Shown piece by piece: positions 17,507 through 26,377 of a stretch of 64,000 nt of DNA. A model generated the notes under the pieces. That model worked only from the letters and a program-made list of their open reading frames with translations. It made no database searches and was not told the origin of the DNA. The translations under genes and the position numbers were made by a program. This DNA is from a virus, in IMG/VR virus record IMGVR_UViG_3300025784_000008; one strand, written 5' to 3'. Positions within the stretch are counted from its first letter, which is position 1. Each line of letters starts with the position of its first letter.

Positions 17507-18133
17507 CTAGTTGAGCCCCTTCTTCTTGTTCAGGAAGTCATCGAAGCGGCCACTGAGTGTCACTTCGTTCTTGATCTTGCCCCACTTGTTGGTTTCGGGA
17601 TCAAGGCTCGGCTTGCCGTCCTGGTCGCGGGTGATATCGATGAACTTGGCCCAGTTGCCCCAGATGGTTTCCAGGGAGAACCAGACCTTTTCCTTGGCGC
17701 CGGGCATTTTCTCCATCGAGCCGTAGAGCTCTGTGTACAGCGTCCGGATGTTGATGACGACCCGGCTGATCAATTTCAAGGCTTCTTGATCGGAGACCGC
17801 GATGTCGTTGAGTGTGATGTTCATGTGCTTCATGAAGCTGTCGTGGTCAGCGGCCCAGATCTCGGACACGAAGAGGACAGCCTGGGTACCCTTGTCGCTG
17901 GCGGCCTTGCGGATGGCATCTCCAAGGATGTCTCGGTTCTTGCCTTTGGCCGGCGGCATGTCGATGGCGATGATGGTCCCCTCACCACTGCCGTCGATCA
18001 CGATGGCTTCGGCAAAGCGGAGCTTGCCTTTTGCCAGGAACCATTCCTGGATGTGTTTGTCGAACTCCTCCACCTGTTTCTTGATTTGCTCAGGTAGGGG
18101 CACATTGGTGTCGATCAGGTCTTGGATTTTCAA
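17507..18133 (-). CDS. hypothetical protein
   Basis: 208-aa ORF. GAAAAGGAGAAGAG precedes the ATG. Confidence 0.55.
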   Translation of the reverse strand: MKIQDLIDTNVPLPEQIKKQVEEFDKHIQEWFLAKGKLRFAEAIVIDGSGEGTIIAIDMPPAKGKNRDILGDAIRKAASDKGTQAVLFVSEIWAADHDSFMKHMNITLNDIAVSDQEALKLISRVVINIRTLYTELYGSMEKMPGAKEKVWFSLETIWGNWAKFIDITRDQDGKPSLDPETNKWGKIKNEVTLSGRFDDFLNKKKGLN

Positions 18134-18229
18134 CTCTTCTCCTTTTCAAAAGGGTTTCGGTACACCTTCTTAGGCCATCTCAACCAACAGCTCTTGATAA
18201 AGACTTTGGACCAAGACGAACTAAAAAAC

Positions 18230-18619
18230 ATGACCAAGCCTACGATTGTAAGGGTTCCCGGATTAGCCGAATCGGTGGACAAACTAGGTGAAGCTTCCGA
18301 GAACAAGGTAATTGAAGAGATAGTTCAGGTCCTGGAACGTCTTGGCTTTGGCCCTCCACCAGATGGAGGCCCCGGAGGGTTTTATGTGTTGATAGGACAG
18401 GGAGATCCCAGACGCTCTGGCTCCTCTTCTGGAACACCAGACATTCTTGTTTTGACTACTGAGCGATGTTTTCCTTTTGAGGTGAAACGTCGAGATAGGA
18501 AGGCCCAGATGTCGGAAGCGCAATACGCCATGTGGGAGCGTGGGTGTCTACATGTCGTGAACTGCGCTGATCAGGTCCGGTCAGTGATACTAGGGGAATT
18601 GACAAAAACTATCAGATGA
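18230..18619 (+). CDS. VRR-NUC-like PD-(D/E)xK nuclease
   Basis: GTPDILVLTTERCFPFEVKRRDRKAQMSEAQYAMWERGCLHVVNCAD fits the VRR-NUC pattern G.PD....(gap).E.K....L...Q..W....G....V. It is a lone plus-strand gene inside the minus-strand block. Confidence 0.5.
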   Translation: MTKPTIVRVPGLAESVDKLGEASENKVIEEIVQVLERLGFGPPPDGGPGGFYVLIGQGDPRRSGSSSGTPDILVLTTERCFPFEVKRRDRKAQMSEAQYAMWERGCLHVVNCADQVRSVILGELTKTIR

Positions 18620-18762
18620 GGTAAGCCTCTACCGAGGCTTACGTCACACCTAAAATCCAAAGTTTTAGTGAACGACAGCGAAGTTCAGGGCTTCTAAGGG
18701 AGCTCCGGCCAAAACTCTCGTTTGCACGGTGGTCACTGGATCGGACAGATTCTGTGCTGGTA

Positions 18763-18795
18763 AAAAGAAAAGCCCCGAAAGGGGCTATTCTTCTT
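18763..18795 (-). terminator. rho-independent terminator
   Basis: AGCCCC-GAAA-GGGGCT stem flanked by A- and T-runs. Confidence 0.55.
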
Positions 18796-19048
18796 CGATG
18801 TCGTTAGGGTTACCCAGCGGTCCTCTGCCCGCTCGTAAGAACAACCACCTGTCCAGCCACTCCCGTAGGACCTCGGCCTGGTCAGGGTTCAGCTCGATGT
18901 GGAAATGGTTCATCTTGTTGTTCATGTCCGGTGTGTACAGGAAAACGGCAATCGGTCCTTCCCCGTGATCATCATGAGAGATCGAGAGATGGTCGTGATT
19001 CTCCGCCCGGATGACCTCGGTCATAGCGAACTTCTTCTTGTCAGACAT
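18785..19048 (-). CDS. hypothetical protein
   Basis: 87-aa ORF. Confidence 0.45.
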   Translation of the reverse strand: MSDKKKFAMTEVIRAENHDHLSISHDDHGEGPIAVFLYTPDMNNKMNHFHIELNPDQAEVLREWLDRWLFLRAGRGPLGNPNDIEEE

Positions 19049-19086
19049 GCGTGATTCCTCGTGTAGTTATTTTCGTGTGGCTTTAT

Positions 19087-19506
19087 TCAGGCCGACCAGT
19101 AGCTGCAGAGCAGCCAGGCCGGATCGGGAATCTGTCCAAGCTCCGGTTTCAGGAAGCCGGCCTGCTCGTTGATCATCTCCCAGGTATCCCGACCGATGTG
19201 TTTCCTCAGGAACTTCATGTACTCGACCTGCTCCTCGGGCTTGTTGAGGGGAAGCTGGATTCGGTGAGGGTAGCCGCGGCCACACTCCTGCACCGATCCC
19301 TTCACCGCCAGTACGTACATAGGTACACCGCCAGAGCAGTAGTTGACCATCTCGACGGGGAGCTCCTGCTTTTCCCCTCGCCCTTCCCACCAGGCTTCGA
19401 GAGCATCCTGACTGTTGCCGTAGCCCTCCTCGTCATACCAGGGAAACTCGGTTCCTTCGTCGAACGGAATTCCCAGGCAAATGATGCCGTCTGTCGATAC
19501 TCCCAT
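19087..19506 (-). CDS. hypothetical protein
   Basis: 139-aa ORF. Confidence 0.5.
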   Translation of the reverse strand: MGVSTDGIICLGIPFDEGTEFPWYDEEGYGNSQDALEAWWEGRGEKQELPVEMVNYCSGGVPMYVLAVKGSVQECGRGYPHRIQLPLNKPEEQVEYMKFLRKHIGRDTWEMINEQAGFLKPELGQIPDPAWLLCSYWSA

Positions 19507-19859
19507 CAGATGCTCCTTTTCTCTGGTGGCACGACCTCAAACCAAGGACATCCCATCTCCAGGATCGCACACGCGATCATGCGATGGTTCCCTTCTCTGT
19601 CGACCGCAGCGTGTTTGACCCCGTTAGCTGCGATGTCCATCATCAGCTTTTGAATCAGAGGATTGCCCCCGTACGCGGCGTCCAGGTCGTAGTCAAATCG
19701 ATCATGGATTTCGTCAGGGGTAAGAATCCGAAATCGGTACAACGCTTCACGGGCTCTGACACCCGGATCCATTGTCAGCACGGCGTCTGACTTCTCTTGT
19801 TCGGTAAGGTCATCGTACGTGTAGACACGATCTTCAATGTACCGATCTTTTGCTTTCAT
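19506..19859 (-). CDS. hypothetical protein
   Basis: 117-aa ORF. Confidence 0.5.
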   Translation of the reverse strand: MKAKDRYIEDRVYTYDDLTEQEKSDAVLTMDPGVRAREALYRFRILTPDEIHDRFDYDLDAAYGGNPLIQKLMMDIAANGVKHAAVDREGNHRMIACAILEMGCPWFEVVPPEKRSI

Positions 19860-20242
19860 CGAGGGGCTCTCTTCTTGTGTCCCACCACATTAATGGCGGC
19901 CCGGCAGATCTTTTCTCCAGGGGTACCAGGCTCACTGCTGTCGAGGGTAACCCACCAGTTATCCTTCTCCGGACCGATTGTGATACCGAAGCCGCTACTG
20001 TCTGCGCCAGCCTCCCACGAGAACCCCAACACAACAAGACGGTCAAGTACCTCTACCGCATCCTCGATGTTTTCTGTAGGGTCCCAGTATGACTTCGTCG
20101 GGCCGATGTCGTCTTCCCATCGGTGTACAAAGCTACCGTCCCAATAAGGTCCGGGGTCCCGAGCGGATACCTTGCCACGTCTCCAACCCATGACTTTCCG
20201 CGCCACAACCTCACGCAGCGCAACCCCTTTTAGATCGGTCAT
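19856..20242 (-). CDS. phage ABA-sandwich-domain-like protein
   Basis: The N-terminal LREVVARKVMGWRRGK...W.P..NIEDAVEVLDRL matches the pattern I recall for the Phage_ABA_S family. Confidence 0.4.
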   Translation of the reverse strand: MTDLKGVALREVVARKVMGWRRGKVSARDPGPYWDGSFVHRWEDDIGPTKSYWDPTENIEDAVEVLDRLVVLGFSWEAGADSSGFGITIGPEKDNWWVTLDSSEPGTPGEKICRAAINVVGHKKRAPR

Positions 20243-20709
20243 TCACCCTCCTCGCTATTGGTTTCGTTGGGGTTGAGAGGTAGCTGGCGGTCGAGCAGCG
20301 ATTCTATGCGCTCCCGCAGTTTCTTGACTTCCCGTGCCGCCCGACGGTCATACGTGCCGGTGCCCTGGTCGTATTCAACGAATACTTCTGCCTCTTCCAG
20401 CGCCGCCCGCAGCTGCTCGTTTTCCTCGCGCAGTTTGCGGTATTCGGTAGGAGCGCTAAAGTTCAGCGCGGCCAAGCCTTCCACGCCAGGGTGGGCACTG
20501 CACAGTTCCGCCCGGTAGGCTCGGATGCCCTTCACGCAATGATGCCAGATGCGGTCAGAGTCCTGCCACAGGGCCTGTGAATCCTGCAGCTTGGCGTTCT
20601 TGTCTTCAAGATCGGCGATGCGGGCCTGCAGCTTGGCGATCTCTGCATCACGCGGCCCCGCCGCCTCGCCGTAACCCTTGTCGAATCCTGCTGCGTGTTC
20701 GTAACTCAT
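20239..20709 (-). CDS. coiled-coil protein
   Basis: Charged heptad-like sequence. Overlaps its neighbour by 4 nt. Confidence 0.5.
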   Translation of the reverse strand: MSYEHAAGFDKGYGEAAGPRDAEIAKLQARIADLEDKNAKLQDSQALWQDSDRIWHHCVKGIRAYRAELCSAHPGVEGLAALNFSAPTEYRKLREENEQLRAALEEAEVFVEYDQGTGTYDRRAAREVKKLRERIESLLDRQLPLNPNETNSEEGE

Positions 20710-20891
20710 TTCCCCTCCAGTCGCTGCATTTGGTGACTCACGGGCGGGCCGGGCTTGATACCGGCTGCGGGCTTTTTTAGGAACGCCCAGACGGTTAGCT
20801 AGGCCGTCCGCATTACAGGCCGAACCTGGCGCTTCACCTATCCCGTGACACAGAGGCCGCGTGTCCTTCCACGCCGCCGCCCGTGAGCCAT

Positions 20892-21179
20892 TTAGTAGTG
20901 CCGGTGAAGATAGGTCTCGGCGTTGTCCATCCAGTCTGCCATCTGGAGCATCACAGTGTTCTGGGCCTCCACCCGTTGTTTCAGCTCACGGATGTCAGCG
21001 CTCTGGGAGAAGTTCTGCCAGGCCAACAGGCCGATGATGATCACCCACACAACGTGCAGGCCGTGGAAGAACCCACCTTTGGGCTTGTTTGGTTTCTGGG
21101 GTACAGTCGGTACGGGTGTAATCTTGACGGGCATTCTGGCCTGACTCCGAGGCGGCGGAAGCACTACTTTGTGACGCAT
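20892..21179 (-). CDS. small membrane protein
   Basis: ATG at 21179 after AAGGAGA. One transmembrane helix. Confidence 0.45.
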   Translation of the reverse strand: MRHKVVLPPPRSQARMPVKITPVPTVPQKPNKPKGGFFHGLHVVWVIIIGLLAWQNFSQSADIRELKQRVEAQNTVMLQMADWMDNAETYLHRHY

Positions 21180-21589
21180 GAATCTGTCTCCTTTACTTTG
21201 GTTAAATCTTCGAGCTTCTGAAGGCGGCGACATTCTTTTTTGGCCAGTTCCTTGGTCCTGAACAGGCTGGTTTCGGAGTAGCACGTTCCGGACACGACAC
21301 CAGTCTCGTACATCATGTACTCAACCTTGTCGAAGGCTTTGTAGTGGGCCTCCGGCCGGCTCATCACGATGGTAATCTGGCCGATAGTGTAGGGTCCGAT
21401 GGCCATCCACTGATCAGGTATCCAGTTAGTGATATAACCTCGGTTATCGCATCCCTTACAGCTGAACTTGTTACGATCGAAGCCCGACATGTTACTGCAT
21501 GACGGGCACGGTTCACGGACTTCTTTAGACCGGCGGCAAATGTAATACACCGTTTCACCGATACAGTACTTGTGTTTGAGCGTAGGCAT
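21164..21589 (-). CDS. zinc-ribbon protein
   Basis: ATG at 21589 after GGAGA. CPSC and CKGCDNRG motifs. Confidence 0.5.
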   Translation of the reverse strand: MPTLKHKYCIGETVYYICRRSKEVREPCPSCSNMSGFDRNKFSCKGCDNRGYITNWIPDQWMAIGPYTIGQITIVMSRPEAHYKAFDKVEYMMYETGVVSGTCYSETSLFRTKELAKKECRRLQKLEDLTKVKETDSCVTK

Positions 21590-21795
21590 TAGTTCTCCAG
21601 TTTCAGTACGCTGCCGGTGGTGCTTTCGTCCCACCCGATTTCCTCATCGATTTCGGCTCCGGTCTTACGAGAGAACTTCCAAGGTCCGCAGTGAATGTAT
21701 TCATCAACGGCTGTCACCTTCAGCACCATCGGGATGGAGCCGGCAATCATCCTGGTGACGGTGTCGCCGACCTTGACATCTTCAAACTTACTCAC
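21589..21795 (-). CDS. hypothetical protein
   Basis: 68-aa ORF. Confidence 0.4.
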   Translation of the reverse strand: MSKFEDVKVGDTVTRMIAGSIPMVLKVTAVDEYIHCGPWKFSRKTGAEIDEEIGWDESTTGSVLKLEN

Positions 21796-21798
21796 GGT

Positions 21799-22158
21799 TC
21801 AGTCTCCTTGGAAAATGCCGTCCGGCCGCATCTTGGCCAGGGCGATCAACTGCAGGAGAGGACGCTTGGCGTTCCCCTCCGTGGACTTCCAGTAGTCTGC
21901 GTCCACGTCGTCCTTTAGCGCGTCCGCGGCCTTCTGGAGCAGCGGAATGGCCTCGGCTCCGGTCATGCCGTAGATGACTCGGATGCCCTTCTCTTGGTCA
22001 AGGACGCGGTAGTAATGCGGAGCGTAGTTCCAGGTGATGTTCAGGTGGGCCGCAGTGGTACCGCCTACGGCATACGTCCCACCACGCATGTGGTGCTTCT
22101 CGTCGAGCTCAATGACTTCTTTGGTCACGGGATCAACGAGCTTGATGTCGTAGCTCAT
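21799..22158 (-). CDS. hypothetical protein
   Basis: 119-aa ORF. AGGAGGTTTTTATG start context. Confidence 0.5.
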   Translation of the reverse strand: MSYDIKLVDPVTKEVIELDEKHHMRGGTYAVGGTTAAHLNITWNYAPHYYRVLDQEKGIRVIYGMTGAEAIPLLQKAADALKDDVDADYWKSTEGNAKRPLLQLIALAKMRPDGIFQGD

Positions 22159-22204
22159 AAAAACCTCCTTTCCTTGTTTCCTTAGACCGTAAAAAGAAGA
22201 GCCA

Positions 22205-22786
22205 CTAGGGCTCTTCTCTGGGGTTGAATGCCGATAAGTCCAGTGCCTTCGGGTTGGTGAGTTCCTTGATCCGCTGACCTAAGGCCTCAATGGCGGCAGC
22301 TTCAGGTTCCTCGTTCTCGTCGACGCCTTCAAGCATGGCCTCGTAGAGCTGGGCCTTCTCCTGGATGTACAGCTCCCGGAAGTCCGGCTCCAGGGTCTCC
22401 ACGTCCTGCAGGTTGTCCAGGACGTCGCAGCACTTCACGATCCTGGCGATCATCGGCGCCACCTTCATCTTGCGGCACACCTCGTCCTTGCGCTCCATCC
22501 TGGAGCCGGTGTGCCACGATGGATCGGTCAAGAAGTAGATGTTGCGAGCGACAGCCCGGCTGAACTCCTTGACGATGATCTCGATGGTGGTGTTCCTGTC
22601 GTCCTCGACGGTATCGTGCAGCCAGGCCACGATCACACCAAACTCGCGGAGCTTGTGGTCCTTCAGGAATCCTTCAACCATGGCGGCAACACGCTGAGGG
22701 TGAACGATGTATGGCGTCTTGCTGTTCTTGCGGAACTGACCTTCATGGGCCTTGGCCGCATACCTGGAAGCCTTTTCGATACTCAT
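22205..22786 (-). CDS. HD-domain phosphohydrolase, RelA/SpoT-type (p)ppGpp-hydrolase-like small alarmone hydrolase
   Basis: HEGQFRKNSKTPYIVHPQRVAAMV...VIVAWLHDTVEDD matches the SpoT/Mesh1 HD motif H.GQ.R..G.PY..HP..VA....(gap)AALLHD.VEDT. Confidence 0.6.
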   Translation of the reverse strand: MSIEKASRYAAKAHEGQFRKNSKTPYIVHPQRVAAMVEGFLKDHKLREFGVIVAWLHDTVEDDRNTTIEIIVKEFSRAVARNIYFLTDPSWHTGSRMERKDEVCRKMKVAPMIARIVKCCDVLDNLQDVETLEPDFRELYIQEKAQLYEAMLEGVDENEEPEAAAIEALGQRIKELTNPKALDLSAFNPREEP

Positions 22787-22798
22787 GTAAATCCTCCT

Positions 22799-23146
22799 CT
22801 ATATCAATAGTGATCCAATTACTATTAGCAGCAGAGCAATCCCTCCTATTACTAGAGCCGGGCGACCAAAAATCCACCACCACCACCTAAAACTATGATC
22901 GTTGGTGTCGTCGGTGTACGGCTTATAAACCGGATGGGGTTCTATGGATTGATAGCCATTCATGTATCTAACGGCGGTCTTATGGCTAAACTCCCACTTA
23001 TTCCCTCGCGAGTCGGTGTAATCCGGCCCCTTTGGACCAACAAATGCTTGGACAACGGCGAGGACGACAAGGCCGATGAATAGCCAAAGGATACAAATGA
23101 AGAAAACTAATATAGCCCAAATAACTACTTTAGCTTCTGTAGACAT
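22799..23146 (-). CDS. membrane protein
   Basis: Three hydrophobic helices. Confidence 0.5.
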   Translation of the reverse strand: MSTEAKVVIWAILVFFICILWLFIGLVVLAVVQAFVGPKGPDYTDSRGNKWEFSHKTAVRYMNGYQSIEPHPVYKPYTDDTNDHSFRWWWWIFGRPALVIGGIALLLIVIGSLLI

Positions 23147-23390
23147 GTAAGTCTTTCTCTACTTCCTTAGCTCGTAAAAAGGAGCCCCTGGGGGAGCTCC
23201 TTATAGCTGATAAGATATTCCATCGGACCTAACAACCCATACTTGTTTGATTGGAATAGGTGGACCCGAAGGAAAGCTCGAAGTCAGATTAACTGGCCGG
23301 AAACTGATTCCATAGCCAAGAGCCGCTTTGACAACAAGCATGTTACGTTTACGCTTTTGAAACCTGCAAAGACGAATTTCTCCTGGGGTT

Positions 23391-23900
23391 CTATCTGAAG
23401 AAGTCATGCTCTGTTTCCTTGGCTTTTGTGTTGCGGATCACCTGTCGAATGAGTTCTTCCTCCAACTCCTGGTCGGTCATGCCCGCTATCTCTTCACGAC
23501 GAACCTCTAGTTGTGACTTGATTTTTGGATCTTTTTTCATTGCGTCTTTAAGATCCTGATATGAGATACCAGAAAGACCACGACGCATGAGCCCAATAGC
23601 TACTTCAATTGAAACACTTTCAACCAGTAACTCGTATACCCTGGTTTCCTTGGCCACGCGTCTAACTTTTTCCAGTTCTACCTGTCGAAAATCTTCGTCT
23701 TCGGAACTACCCGATAAGTTAACTTCTATCTTTTCTTCTCGTTCCTTTAACTGTTCATATGTTCGATTGTCCCGGCGTATGCGCTCTTCCACCTGTTTCG
23801 GACTTTCCGATGGTTGGGCATTCGATTCAAAACATGAACATAACACGGCTGACCCAGAACATAGCAAAATAAGCAAAACCAACGTTTTCATGACGTTCAT
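23391..23900 (-). CDS. secreted or lipoprotein-like coiled-coil protein
   Basis: ATG at 23900 after GAGGAGG. Signal peptide MNVMKTLVLLILLCSGSAVLCSC. Confidence 0.45.
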   Translation of the reverse strand: MNVMKTLVLLILLCSGSAVLCSCFESNAQPSESPKQVEERIRRDNRTYEQLKEREEKIEVNLSGSSEDEDFRQVELEKVRRVAKETRVYELLVESVSIEVAIGLMRRGLSGISYQDLKDAMKKDPKIKSQLEVRREEIAGMTDQELEEELIRQVIRNTKAKETEHDFFR

Positions 23901-24487
23901 GGTGCTGCCTCCTCGTCTTCCCAGTACTCCAACGGGTAATCCACGGAATCCCATCGGTAGGTTGCCCAGCCTTTGTCTGCGATCTTCCACCTTCTCCAGG
24001 CGCGTTCAGACGGCTCACGAGTCCACATATCTCCGCGGCGATCTACTTTGAACTGCCGTCGGTGGTAGTCTTCCACTACATAGCCGAGAGCAAGAAGCTC
24101 ACAGACGTCCCGGTCTGTTGGTTCTCTGAGTGTTCCGGAGCGGCCCCATTTTTCTTTGGGATCGACAACTACTTCCTTCTCGACAATCACCTCTTTCTCG
24201 ATGACTACCGGCCTTTCGACAATCACCGGTTTCTCGATGATTACCGGCTTATCCACCGTTCGTTCAACCGTCACCGTCTTCTCGACAATCACCGGTTTTT
24301 CGACGGTGACGACGGTGGGATTCCCTGGACCGATCTGGGTGTGGGATACCTCCGTTCTGTGGTCAACGCGCAGGAAAAGCAGTGCGATGATCACGACGAA
24401 CATGGTGCTCATCAGCCCCATCCCGTAGAGGATGTATCGTTGCGATCCTTCCTTTGGAACAGCAGATCCATAAGGGATTGAACTCAT
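23897..24487 (-). CDS. membrane-anchored protein with tandem KPVIVE-type repeats
   Basis: One transmembrane helix followed by the repeated (E/D)KPVI(V/I)E(K/R) motif. ATGA start/stop overlap with the downstream gene. Confidence 0.45.
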   Translation of the reverse strand: MSSIPYGSAVPKEGSQRYILYGMGLMSTMFVVIIALLFLRVDHRTEVSHTQIGPGNPTVVTVEKPVIVEKTVTVERTVDKPVIIEKPVIVERPVVIEKEVIVEKEVVVDPKEKWGRSGTLREPTDRDVCELLALGYVVEDYHRRQFKVDRRGDMWTREPSERAWRRWKIADKGWATYRWDSVDYPLEYWEDEEAAP

Positions 24488-24521
24488 GACGTTCTCCTTT
24501 GGGGTATTGAATTTCTCCTAT

Positions 24522-24535
24522 CCTCTTAGACCGTA
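24522..24535 (-). promoter_or_regulatory. ACGGTCTAAGAGG motif upstream of gene 23897-24487
   Basis: Directly follows the terminator T-run on the minus strand. Confidence 0.35.
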
Positions 24536-24562
24536 AAAAAGGAGCCCCTAAGGAGCTCCTTG
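24530..24562 (-). terminator. rho-independent terminator
   Basis: AAGGAGC...GCTCCTT stem with a T-run. Confidence 0.5.
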
Positions 24563-24584
24563 TGGCTGCAGAGTCTGCCGCCAT
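24563..24584. repeat. dyad element, copy 5: TGGCTGCAGAGTCTGCCGCCAT
   Basis: Lies immediately after the stop of gene 24585-24884. Confidence 0.7.
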
Positions 24585-24884
24585 TTAGGTGGTGACGGGC
24601 TTTTTGCCGAGGCATTCGATGGTCAGATCGACGAAGTCTCGCAGGTTCTCCAGCTGGTTCAGGCTGAGAGCGTCGTCGCCCTCGATGAGGGCTCTCGCGG
24701 TCATGACGAGCTCACCGCGGCCGTACTCGCGTTCACCATCGTCCGCTGATCTCATGGCATCAGCGACCAGCGCGGCGGCTTTGATCACCTGAACAGCCAT
24801 CCAGCGTTCACGTTCTGTTGGTCCGATATCTTTGGCGATAGCCATGGTTTCTCCCTTACTTGATCTTGGTGAACGGGTAGACAC
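24585..24884 (-). CDS. hypothetical protein
   Basis: 99-aa ORF. Confidence 0.45.
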   Translation of the reverse strand: MSTRSPRSSKGETMAIAKDIGPTERERWMAVQVIKAAALVADAMRSADDGEREYGRGELVMTARALIEGDDALSLNQLENLRDFVDLTIECLGKKPVTT

Positions 24885-25077
24885 CCTTCACCTTGCGGTG
24901 GAAATACCCGCCGACGCTCTCGGCCGACTTCATTCCCTCGAATACCTCGACGGGAACATTGTTGTAGCTGTAGAGTCCGCCGCCGATGAACTGCACCTGC
25001 ATCTTCCCGTTCTTGTAGCCCACGGCGGCGATGTTGCTGGACTTGACGGGTATCATTTCGATCTTTTCGTTGCTCAT
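24856..25077 (-). CDS. KTSC-domain protein
   Basis: SSNIAAVGYKNGKMQVQFIGGGLYSYNNVPVEVFEGMKSAESVGGYFHRKVKGVYPF matches the KTSC-domain consensus. Confidence 0.6.
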   Translation of the reverse strand: MSNEKIEMIPVKSSNIAAVGYKNGKMQVQFIGGGLYSYNNVPVEVFEGMKSAESVGGYFHRKVKGVYPFTKIK

Positions 25078-25080
25078 GAT

Positions 25081-25323
25081 TTACCTCGGGGCCAAGAGTT
25101 GTTTGTCTACCTCGGTCAGCACGGAGTTCAGCTTCTCGTAAAGAGACGGAGCTTCTTTGAGGTTGTTCTCCAGGAGTTCTTCCAGGACCTTGAACGCTTT
25201 ATCTGTCTTCTCACCTTTGTACTCTTTGATGTCCTCACGAAGATCTTTTTCGGCATCGATGTTATCCATGTACGCATCTGTTGCGTCACGGAGTCTTTTC
25301 AACAAATCTCTGTCTGTGCTCAT
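25081..25323 (-). CDS. hypothetical protein
   Basis: 80-aa ORF. Confidence 0.45.
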   Translation of the reverse strand: MSTDRDLLKRLRDATDAYMDNIDAEKDLREDIKEYKGEKTDKAFKVLEELLENNLKEAPSLYEKLNSVLTEVDKQLLAPR

Positions 25324-25325
25324 GA

Positions 25326-25559
25326 TTATTCATTCTCCTCAGCAGGCGCGTACTTCGTGTAGTCGCGGTACTTGCCCAATTCCATCAGGTCGTTCATTTC
25401 GTTTTCAAGCTCGCCGACGCGAAGCTCTTCCTCCTCATCCACCTCGGCGTTGTCCAGGTCGAGAATCTCCACGTTGAAGTCAAGATCGGCCGGCCCTACC
25501 ACCGCGGTCAGGCAGCCGCCCTCAATGCAGATGTACAGCTTCTTCTTGTCCTTACTCAC
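25326..25559 (-). CDS. acidic hypothetical protein
   Basis: 77-aa ORF. Confidence 0.45.
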   Translation of the reverse strand: MSKDKKKLYICIEGGCLTAVVGPADLDFNVEILDLDNAEVDEEEELRVGELENEMNDLMELGKYRDYTKYAPAEENE

Positions 25560-25766
25560 TTAGATCAGTCCTTTCTGTTCAGCAATCCAGGTTGTGATGG
25601 TCATCTCGATCATGTCTCCTTTGGAAGGAGAATCGTCACCATCAAGGATCTGGCTTATGGGGATCCATTCCTTACCGTGACCGTCGATGTCGATCAAGAT
25701 GGCCTTGTCCGTGACGGCGCAGACCTCACCTTCGATCTCGAATGCTTCATCATCTTCGAAGTTCAT
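25560..25766 (-). CDS. hypothetical protein
   Basis: 68-aa ORF. Confidence 0.45.
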   Translation of the reverse strand: MNFEDDEAFEIEGEVCAVTDKAILIDIDGHGKEWIPISQILDGDDSPSKGDMIEMTITTWIAEQKGLI

Positions 25767-25778
25767 CGGTCTCCTTTG

Positions 25779-26321
25779 TTACGGGTAACGGGCCAAAATG
25801 TCGATGTTGCCGAACTCCTTTTCGGCACGCGCAACGAGCTTGTCAACGTACTCCTTCGTCAGCTTCTGTCCCTTCGGGAGCTGGTAATGCCGGAACATAT
25901 TCGGATCACTGTTGGTCGGGCGGAAGATCAGGCCGTGATTCTTGGCCATACGCTTGCACTGCTTCTCTGACTCGTGCCGATCTACCAGATACTCGATGAA
26001 GTCTGACGGGTCCCAGGCCGTCGGCAGAGGCGTGTCGGTACCGAAGCCGTATTCCTTGCGGAAGGCCTCTTCACGCTCCACCGCAAGCTTCACGCACTCA
26101 GGGCTGGCCAGGAACTCCTGAATGTACTCAGGCGCTTTCCAGTGACCTTCCTTCCACTCGATGCGGGGCTCTCCACCGGTAGCATCGTCAGCCACGAAGG
26201 CGACTTCTTTTTTGTTCAGCATCAAGGTGGCGTTGAATCCTTGTCCTTCCATGCCGCGGAAGGTCTTGAACCCCTTGAGGCTGAAGTCCTGCAGTTTGAT
26301 GCTCTCTTTCGTTTCTGCCAT
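25779..26321 (-). CDS. hypothetical protein
   Basis: ATG at 26321 after AAAGGA. Confidence 0.5.
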   Translation of the reverse strand: MAETKESIKLQDFSLKGFKTFRGMEGQGFNATLMLNKKEVAFVADDATGGEPRIEWKEGHWKAPEYIQEFLASPECVKLAVEREEAFRKEYGFGTDTPLPTAWDPSDFIEYLVDRHESEKQCKRMAKNHGLIFRPTNSDPNMFRHYQLPKGQKLTKEYVDKLVARAEKEFGNIDILARYP

Positions 26322-26345
26322 TCTGAGTTCCTTTCGACTGAAAAA

Positions 26346-26377
26346 GAAAATGGCTGCAGAGAAAGCAGCCATTTGAG
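26346..26377 (-). terminator. rho-independent terminator
   Basis: AAATGGCTGC-AGAGAAA-GCAGCCATTT stem. Its arms resemble the dyad-element half-sites. Confidence 0.55.
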
